From a virus: a stretch of DNA of 64,000 bases. Within the stretch, counting starts at the first letter, position 1. Every line of letters starts with the position of its first letter. The DNA lies in the IMG/VR virus record IMGVR_UViG_3300030688_000001, one strand, 5' to 3'. The notes under the pieces were generated by a model that made no database searches, had not been told where the DNA came from, and saw only the letters and a list, made by a program, of their open reading frames with translations. The position numbers and the translations under genes were made by a program. Positions 57,436 to 64,000 of this stretch are shown piece after piece.

Positions 57436-59199
57436 ATGTTTGGCTCTTCATACTTTGGAGAAGGTTATTTTGGTGGCGATCCTCCATTACCAGATAGGGT
57501 AATTGAGGCAGCTAGTGCAGTTGATTCAGTTAGTGGTATAGCAGTATATAATGTTTCCGTAACAGAAACAGCTTCAGCTTCAGATTCAGTTGATTTAGCA
57601 GGTACAGTTTCAGTAACTTTCGGTGGTTTTTATCTCGCTCAGAATCAATTTGCTGGTGGTACAGCAATTCCTACTTCTCAAACTTATCTAGTTAGTGTAA
57701 GTGAATCAGCTTCAGCTCTAGATAGCCCTTCTAGTATAGCTGTATATGGAGCAAGTGATAGTGAATCTGCATCTGCTACTGATACTCCTAGTTCTACTGC
57801 TATATATCCAGGTTCTACTACAGAATCAGGTAGTGCAGTAGATAGTCCTTCTGTTAATGCTATATTTGCTGCAAGTACTTCAGAAAGTGGTACAGCAACT
57901 GACAATCCTTCAGCTAATTCTACTCTTCAAGCTAGTACTAGTGAATCTAATAGTGCAGTAGATAGTCCTAGTTCAACAGCTACATTTGCAGGGTCCATAA
58001 CTGAGTCTGCTTCAGCTCTAGATAGTCCAGCTGGCGGTTATTTAGTAACTATATCTGAATCTGCTTCAGCTACAGAGTCACCCTCAGCTAATGATTTATT
58101 AGCAGCAACAGTATCAGAAAGTGGTTCAGCTTCAGATAATCCTAGTGCTAATGCTTTATTTGCAGGAAGTGTAACTGAATCTGCTAGTGCTTCTGATAAC
58201 CCTTCTGCTAATGCTATATTTGCAGGTTCAGTAAGTGAAGCTGCTAGTGCTTCTGATAGTCCTTCATCTACTGCTAAATACAGTGTAAGTATTAGTGAAT
58301 CTGGTAGTGCAACAGATTCTCCTTCAGCTAATTCTACCCTACAAGCTAGTGTAACAGAATCAGCTTCAGCTCTAGATAGTATAGTTGGTGGTTATTTAGT
58401 AACTATAACAGAATCAGGAACAGCAACGGATAATCCTAGTTCTACTGCTATATATGCATGTTCTACTACAGAATCAGGTAGTGCAGTAGATAACCCTTCA
58501 GCCAATGATTTATTAGCAGCTTCTATCACAGAATCAGTTACCACAATTGATACTCCTAGTTCTACTGCTAATTATAGTGTAACTATATCAGAGTCAGTCT
58601 CAGCTAATGACAATCCTTCAGCCAATGATTTATTAGCAGCTTCTATTACGGAGTCAGGCAGTGCTTCTGATAGTCCTAGCTCAACTGCTACTTATCAAGT
58701 TAGTATAAATGAGTCAGGAACAGCCCTAGACAGCCCTACAGCTAATTCTACACTATTAGCTAGTATATCAGAGTCAGTCTCAGCTAATGATACTCCTACA
58801 GCTAATGATTTATTAACAAGTTCTATTACAGAGTCAGGTAGTGCAAGTGATTCTAGTTCAGCTTCAGTACTATTCAATACTTCTATTACTGAAACAGCTT
58901 CAGCCTTGGATAGTTTATCAGCTATTATAAGTTCTATAAATAGTGAGTCTGAAAGTGCCTCAGCTATAGATAATACTGATGCCACACTATTAACTCTAGC
59001 TAGTGTATTAGAATCTATTACCGCAATTGATACAGCTTCAACTAATGCCCCACCTATTATTTATAGTGTAAATGTATTAGAAGCAGCCTTGGCTTTAGAC
59101 AGTAATATCAACAATAACCCATTTGTTGAAGGTGTGATTAATAAGAAATTTATAAGTAGATTTCCGGTTCGAAAATCTAAATTATTGGCGAATGTTTAA
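57436..59199 (+). CDS. Ser/Ala-rich 20-aa repeat protein (fibre-like beta solenoid)
   Basis: More than 20 units of (S/T)ES(A/G)SA.D.PS.......S(V/I); N-terminal FG.SYFG.GYFGG. Confidence 0.75.
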   Translation: MFGSSYFGEGYFGGDPPLPDRVIEAASAVDSVSGIAVYNVSVTETASASDSVDLAGTVSVTFGGFYLAQNQFAGGTAIPTSQTYLVSVSESASALDSPSSIAVYGASDSESASATDTPSSTAIYPGSTTESGSAVDSPSVNAIFAASTSESGTATDNPSANSTLQASTSESNSAVDSPSSTATFAGSITESASALDSPAGGYLVTISESASATESPSANDLLAATVSESGSASDNPSANALFAGSVTESASASDNPSANAIFAGSVSEAASASDSPSSTAKYSVSISESGSATDSPSANSTLQASVTESASALDSIVGGYLVTITESGTATDNPSSTAIYACSTTESGSAVDNPSANDLLAASITESVTTIDTPSSTANYSVTISESVSANDNPSANDLLAASITESGSASDSPSSTATYQVSINESGTALDSPTANSTLLASISESVSANDTPTANDLLTSSITESGSASDSSSASVLFNTSITETASALDSLSAIISSINSESESASAIDNTDATLLTLASVLESITAIDTASTNAPPIIYSVNVLEAALALDSNINNNPFVEGVINKKFISRFPVRKSKLLANV

Positions 59200-59217
59200 G
59201 AAGCCCTCTTCTTTCAT

Positions 59218-59904
59218 TTAGTATTCAGGGATTAATACTTGTTTATCTAGAATTTCTTTGTGACTCATCCATTTAAGTTTTCCGTGCTTATCCTTCATAA
59301 TCCTATATAAATTACAATCTGCTCCTTTAGCTACATTTTGATTTATATAATTAGTAACACCTATCTTCGTGTTTTCTGCAATATGAACGGGATCATAAAA
59401 GCCAAAACTAGAAGGACTTACATTTCTAGATTCATCTGGTATTGCTGACTCTGATACAATTCCTCCCTGCCCCATCTTAGTTACTTTATGACTATTATCA
59501 AAGTGTTCTAATGGATTAATACCTTCAACGTTATTAGCTAAAGGATTTCCTACAATAACCGACCTGACTTGCTGAGAGAAGAAACCAGGAGTAAGCCAGT
59601 TAAGATTCTTTTTCATTTGCATTTTATAAGCTGCTTTTTGTTGTATTTTACCTGCATCCTTATTTATATGGTCGGCTATAAAATCCTCTAGTCCCATAAA
59701 TTTGGAGAATTTAAGGTTATCTCGATCATCACCTTCAACCTCACCTTTATTAATCTTAATTAATTTTGCTGAACTAGCTAATAAGACTTGGGGACTTATT
59801 TTATCCTCATCTACTCCAATATTATTCTTAACAATATCTTTATCTAGGGAGGTATGATTTAACCATTCCTTAAATTTAGTTAGTTTCTCGGTTCTAGTTA
59901 ACAT
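59218..59904 (-). CDS. rpoB: RNA polymerase beta subunit, middle fragment (fork-loop region)
   Basis: INPLEHFDNSHKVTKMGQGGI...DESRNVSPSSFGFYDPVHIAENTKIG corresponds to beta [21 protein letters not shown]...[25 protein letters not shown]. Confidence 0.85.
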   Translation of the reverse strand: MLTRTEKLTKFKEWLNHTSLDKDIVKNNIGVDEDKISPQVLLASSAKLIKINKGEVEGDDRDNLKFSKFMGLEDFIADHINKDAGKIQQKAAYKMQMKKNLNWLTPGFFSQQVRSVIVGNPLANNVEGINPLEHFDNSHKVTKMGQGGIVSESAIPDESRNVSPSSFGFYDPVHIAENTKIGVTNYINQNVAKGADCNLYRIMKDKHGKLKWMSHKEILDKQVLIPEY

Positions 59905-59905
59905 A

Positions 59906-60646
59906 TTAATTCTGTACTTGTATAAGGTCAGCTACTAATTGATCCATATTAAACCCGGAAGGAGATAAACCAGTATTATTAATCCAATCCTGACTAATCA
60001 ATGCATAAGCTTCCTCAGTCCTATTAGTCACCCAATCATAAGTAGCGGATTGTACAGCACCCCAAGTAATATATTCAAAAGTATTCTCTGAAAATGAAAA
60101 TGATGGTATGGCATGTCCTCCAATTATATTCCCAGTAGTATATTGCCAGGTAGTTATGCCACTTTCCACAGCATTCATATCATCCTCAGTCAAATCAACC
60201 CCAGTATAAACCCCTCCAAATAACCAGATAGCTATTTTTAGATGAAGTATATTCTTAGGATTAACACTTACGAATGCCCCTATCTTATGATTAGCAATAC
60301 CTGTAGTTTGCCAGTACTTCAATACCTCAAGTTCAACTGCTCCATTATCAGTAGCAGGATTATTAGGAGTATAGCCAGTAATTGCTTCATAGGCTCTTAA
60401 TACATCATCATTAGTAGGTGTGATGAGTGTAGAACTATTTGCAGTCCAGTTCATAATATAGTGAGCGGCAGCAGCACAAGTACAAATTCCTAGACTATCA
60501 TTGAGAAACATCTGATAAGGGTTATTACCTATTTTAGCCCACCAATTAATAGAAGTTGGTGGTATTAGTGTAGGAGCTAAATACTTTTCTAGTTTAAGCG
60601 CCCTCTTATCAAATACAGCCTTATTACGTCCTAATTTATAGTTCAT
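59906..60646 (-). CDS. papain-like cysteine peptidase
   Basis: NDSLGICTCAA (catalytic Cys), GGHAI (His) and ITWG motifs. Confidence 0.7.
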   Translation of the reverse strand: MNYKLGRNKAVFDKRALKLEKYLAPTLIPPTSINWWAKIGNNPYQMFLNDSLGICTCAAAAHYIMNWTANSSTLITPTNDDVLRAYEAITGYTPNNPATDNGAVELEVLKYWQTTGIANHKIGAFVSVNPKNILHLKIAIWLFGGVYTGVDLTEDDMNAVESGITTWQYTTGNIIGGHAIPSFSFSENTFEYITWGAVQSATYDWVTNRTEEAYALISQDWINNTGLSPSGFNMDQLVADLIQVQN

Positions 60647-60691
60647 AGTATTATTCTACTTTCTTGGAACTACTTAAACAATAAAATAAAG

Positions 60692-60720
60692 TTGACAACA
60701 TTACCGTACATTTCTAAAGT
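60692..60720 (+). promoter_or_regulatory. sigma70-type promoter (leaderless)
   Basis: TTGACA, 17 nt, TAAAGT, 6 nt, then ATG 60727. Confidence 0.65.
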
Positions 60721-60726
60721 AGTGTT

Positions 60727-60930
60727 ATGCAATTAGAGATAAATTACGAACCAGAAGATGAGGAAGTCACTATTATAGTTGATAATGCTGACGTTCTTAA
60801 AGCTACATTAGGGGAAAAGAATTTACTAGTGCTTAATAAGAAGTTTAAAGATATAAAAGATGATAACGAGAAACTTTATACTGCACTTAGAAGTATTACC
60901 CTGTCTTTAATGGAGCTTACTGAGGTTTAA
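60727..60930 (+). CDS. hypothetical protein
   Basis: 67-aa ORF directly after the promoter. Confidence 0.6.
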   Translation: MQLEINYEPEDEEVTIIVDNADVLKATLGEKNLLVLNKKFKDIKDDNEKLYTALRSITLSLMELTEV

Positions 60931-61048
60931 TTAGATATAACAAATTTAACGGTAGGCAAGTAAAAAATTTGCCTAAATCTTCCTTGTCCCTATTCCTAAG
61001 GGGCATTTTTTATGATAACTTGATTATTCAATCAACAATAATAACTAT

Positions 61049-61375
61049 ATGACAAATGACGAATACTTACAGTTTACAAGAACAACTGCAATCTATCCTA
61101 AAGATAGAGAATTAGAATACCTGGGTTTGGGCTTAGCATCAGAAGCAGGCGAGGTGTGTGGAAAATTAAAGAAAGTGATTAGAGATGATAATGGAGTTTT
61201 AAGTGATGTAGTAAAGTTAAGGTTGACAGATGAATTAAGTGATGCAGCCTGGTATTTAACTAGACTGGCCGATACTTTAGGTCTTACATTAACTGAATTG
61301 TTAGAACATAACTATATGAAACTATCTTCTAGGAAAGAAAGAGGAACTATAGGTGGCTCTGGGGATTTGCGTTGA
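61049..61375 (+). CDS. MazG-like nucleotide pyrophosphohydrolase
   Basis: GLASEAGEV and ELSDAAWY motifs; C-terminal KL..RKERG.IGGSGD.R. Confidence 0.9.
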   Translation: MTNDEYLQFTRTTAIYPKDRELEYLGLGLASEAGEVCGKLKKVIRDDNGVLSDVVKLRLTDELSDAAWYLTRLADTLGLTLTELLEHNYMKLSSRKERGTIGGSGDLR

Positions 61376-61869
61376 TTATGAACTGGGATGAATATTTTAT
61401 GAGGCGTGCATATTTAGCAGCCGAGATGAGCAAGGACCCGAGAACTAAAATAGGGGCAGTATTGGTTAGAGATGGTAAGTGGGATATTTCATCAGGTTTT
61501 AATGGATTCCCTGCTAAAGTTCAAGATTCACCAGAAAGATATAGTGATAGAAATACTAAGCTAAAAATGATAGTACATGCCGAGGCTAATTCTGTACTCC
61601 AATGTGCTAAACTAGGTTATTCTAGTTTAGGAACTACCTTATATACTCTTGGGATGCCTTGTAATGAGTGTATGAAAACAATAATTCAAGGAGGGATTAC
61701 AAGTATAGTACTTCATAAACAATGGCCAGAGATGACTTATTCTGGAGATTGGGTTGAAGCTTTTAGAATATCTACAATTATGGCTAGAGAAGCAGAAATA
61801 AATATTAGTTACTTAGATAAAGTACTAGGGATTAAGGGGTTTTGTGATGGTAAAGAAATGAATGTATAA
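61372..61869 (+). CDS. dCMP deaminase
   Basis: SKDPRTKIGA, VHAEANS and PCNEC motifs. Confidence 0.92.
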   Translation: MIMNWDEYFMRRAYLAAEMSKDPRTKIGAVLVRDGKWDISSGFNGFPAKVQDSPERYSDRNTKLKMIVHAEANSVLQCAKLGYSSLGTTLYTLGMPCNECMKTIIQGGITSIVLHKQWPEMTYSGDWVEAFRISTIMAREAEINISYLDKVLGIKGFCDGKEMNV

Positions 61870-61872
61870 ATT

Positions 61873-63984
61873 ATGGATAATAAAGATAATATTAACTTTT
61901 TAGAAGAAATTGCTAACTTTACTTTCATGAGTAAATATGCAAGGTATAACTCAATAGCTGAAAGAAGAGAAACTTGGGATGAGTGTGTAGATAGAGTAGA
62001 AAGTATGCATCTTCAAAAGTTTAGGAAATTACCTAAAGAAGATTTGAATGAAATTAAACAAGCATTCAATTTAGTGAAAGAAAAAGGCCTCACACCATCA
62101 ATGCGTTCTATGCAATTTGGTGGAAAAGCTATTCTTGCTCATAATAGTAGAATGTTTAATTGTGCTGTAAGACATATAGATAGTATTCGTTCATTTTCTG
62201 AATCTTTTTATTTACTATTGTGTGGTTGTGGTGTCGGGTTTGGTATCTCAGATTATTTTCTTAACAGGTTACCCAAATTAGTAAATGAAAAAGATAAGAA
62301 CGGTATTGTAATAACTTATGTAATCGAAGACACAATAGAAGGATGGGCAGACTCTATTGAAGCATTATTGAACTGTTATTTTAAGAACACTGCTTATACT
62401 GGTAGGAAGATTGTGTTTGACTATAGTAGGATTAGACCTGAAGGTACTCCATTAAAGACCGGCGGCGGCAAAGCTCCTGGTTATAAAGGATTAAAGCAAG
62501 CTCACATAAAAGTTAAGAAACTACTAGATAAAATTATTGAAGAAAATAAGCAAATCAGTCTTAAAACTATTAATGCTTATGATATTTTAATGCATTGTGC
62601 TGATGCTGTATTAAGTGGAGGTATTAGAAGGTCAGCTTGTGCCATTATATTTGATAAAAACGACCAAGATTTGATTAATGCTAAAACATTATTTAAAGTA
62701 ACTAGGTATAATAAATTTGATTTTGACAAGGATACTAATAAATATGAAGGAAAAGTTACTGTAGATGGAGAGAAGTATGAAGTTGTTATTGATAAGTTTG
62801 AATATGATTTCTTAGTTAAGGATAATACAATTAGCTGGATACATATCGAACCTCAAAGAGCTAGAAGTAATAATAGTGTATTATTACTTAGAGCTAGTAC
62901 TACGTTAGAAGAGTTTACAGATATAATTGAAAAGACTAAACAGTTTGGAGAGCCGGGGTTTGTTTGGGCGGACCACCCCCATCAATTATTTAACCCTTGT
63001 TTTGAGATAGGGTTTATTCCGGTTACTGAAGATGGTAGATGTGGTGTTCAGTTTTGTAACTTAAGTTCAATTAATGGAGCTAAGGTTAAGAATAAACAAG
63101 ACTTCTTAAATGCTGCTAAAGCTGCATCGATATTAGGTACTTTACAAGCTTCGTACACAGAAGATATGGTTTATTTATCTAGAGTAACTAAAGAACTTAC
63201 AGAGAAAGAAGCTTTGTTAGGAGTGTCGATTACCGGGTTTATGGATTCACCAGATATTCTATTAACTGCTGAAATGTTACAAGAAGGCTCTAAATTAGTT
63301 GTTAAGACTAATGAATTATGGGCTAAGAAGTTAGGTATTAATCCGGCTGCTAGATGTACTTGTGTTAAGCCAGAAGGAACTAACAGTATTGTATTAATGA
63401 GTGCTTCTGGTGCACATCCACATCATAGTAGAAAGTACTTTAGAAGGATTCAATGTAATAAACACGAACCAATCTATAAGTATTTTAAGAGTATAAACCC
63501 TCATATGTGTGAGCCTAGCGTATGGAGTGCTAACAAGACAGATGATGTAGTTATGTTTCCTTTAAGTGTAGACGAAAATGCTATAGTTAAAGAAGATCTA
63601 ACAGCATTAAAGCATCTTGAATATATAAAGTTAATTCAGGAAAATTGGGTATTGCCAGGTAGTACCATACATAATGAGAAGAATATTACTCATAATGTAT
63701 CTTGTACTATTCAAGTAGCTGATGATGAATGGGAAGAAGTTACTAAATATATTTATAATAATAAGAAAAATTTTGCAGCGGTTTCCTTTCTAGCTAAGAT
63801 TGGAGACAAGTTATATAAACAAGCTCCTATGGAAAGTGTTTCTACTAAAGAAGATAAAGATAAATGGGATGATATAGTTAGTAATTTTAAGAAAGTAGAT
63901 TATAAGAAACTTAAAGAAGAGGAAGATACTACTGCTTTAATGGCAGTTGCAGCATGTAGTGGTGGAAAATGTGATCTTTTATAA
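61873..63984 (+). CDS. nrdJ: class II (adenosylcobalamin-dependent) ribonucleotide reductase
   Basis: FNC, LLLCGCGVGF, GGIRRSA, NPCFEI, FCNL and CVKPEGT motifs; C-terminal CSGGKC; no small-subunit gene adjacent within the window. Confidence 0.9.
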   Translation: MDNKDNINFLEEIANFTFMSKYARYNSIAERRETWDECVDRVESMHLQKFRKLPKEDLNEIKQAFNLVKEKGLTPSMRSMQFGGKAILAHNSRMFNCAVRHIDSIRSFSESFYLLLCGCGVGFGISDYFLNRLPKLVNEKDKNGIVITYVIEDTIEGWADSIEALLNCYFKNTAYTGRKIVFDYSRIRPEGTPLKTGGGKAPGYKGLKQAHIKVKKLLDKIIEENKQISLKTINAYDILMHCADAVLSGGIRRSACAIIFDKNDQDLINAKTLFKVTRYNKFDFDKDTNKYEGKVTVDGEKYEVVIDKFEYDFLVKDNTISWIHIEPQRARSNNSVLLLRASTTLEEFTDIIEKTKQFGEPGFVWADHPHQLFNPCFEIGFIPVTEDGRCGVQFCNLSSINGAKVKNKQDFLNAAKAASILGTLQASYTEDMVYLSRVTKELTEKEALLGVSITGFMDSPDILLTAEMLQEGSKLVVKTNELWAKKLGINPAARCTCVKPEGTNSIVLMSASGAHPHHSRKYFRRIQCNKHEPIYKYFKSINPHMCEPSVWSANKTDDVVMFPLSVDENAIVKEDLTALKHLEYIKLIQENWVLPGSTIHNEKNITHNVSCTIQVADDEWEEVTKYIYNNKKNFAAVSFLAKIGDKLYKQAPMESVSTKEDKDKWDDIVSNFKKVDYKKLKEEEDTTALMAVAACSGGKCDLL

Positions 63985-64000
63985 TTAAAAACCATATATA

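Noticed and set aside
3169-60000. Numerous short antisense ORFs inside long genes (e.g. 3169, 5479, 8379, 12226, 12817, 13417, 16376, 19977, 21472, 26501, 29501, 30862, 33555, 39761, 52037, 57684, 58695)
   Set aside because: Nested in or overlapping well-supported genes on the other strand or frame, with no motifs; expected by chance

Overview
AT-rich segment of a large lytic dsDNA bacteriophage genome (standard code 11; no integrase, rRNA or host housekeeping operons seen). From left to right it holds: a non-coding RNA island (tRNA-Cys, a complete tmRNA with an unusual 29-aa tag, two aberrant tRNA-like RNAs and a circularly permuted YrlA/Y-RNA-like element); an envelope operon (beta-barrel and PspA-like proteins); a block of probable virion-internal proteins sharing K-x-A motifs and an N-terminal F-x-x-G-F-x-K-x-A signal; a multisubunit RNA polymerase scattered over five genes; a GIY-YIG/SNF2 helicase with a class 3 intein; RNase H; an accessory region (IF2N-LOTUS-CSD protein, Sm-like gene between two RS/GS/WS repeat genes, HUH Rep-like gene); tail and fibre genes including an SGNH-hydrolase fibre; and a MazG/dCMP deaminase/class II RNR cluster. 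The standout is the RNAP catalytic DxDGD motif. It is interrupted by a LAGLIDADG intein, and that intein is broken after 13 residues by a 43-nt element bounded by a 7-nt direct repeat. The element contains a stop codon, a full TTGACA-17-TATTGT promoter and a new ATG, so the active site must be rebuilt by protein trans-splicing or ribosomal bypassing. All protein family calls come from motif recognition by eye; no searches were run. No capsid, portal or terminase gene was recognised in this window.
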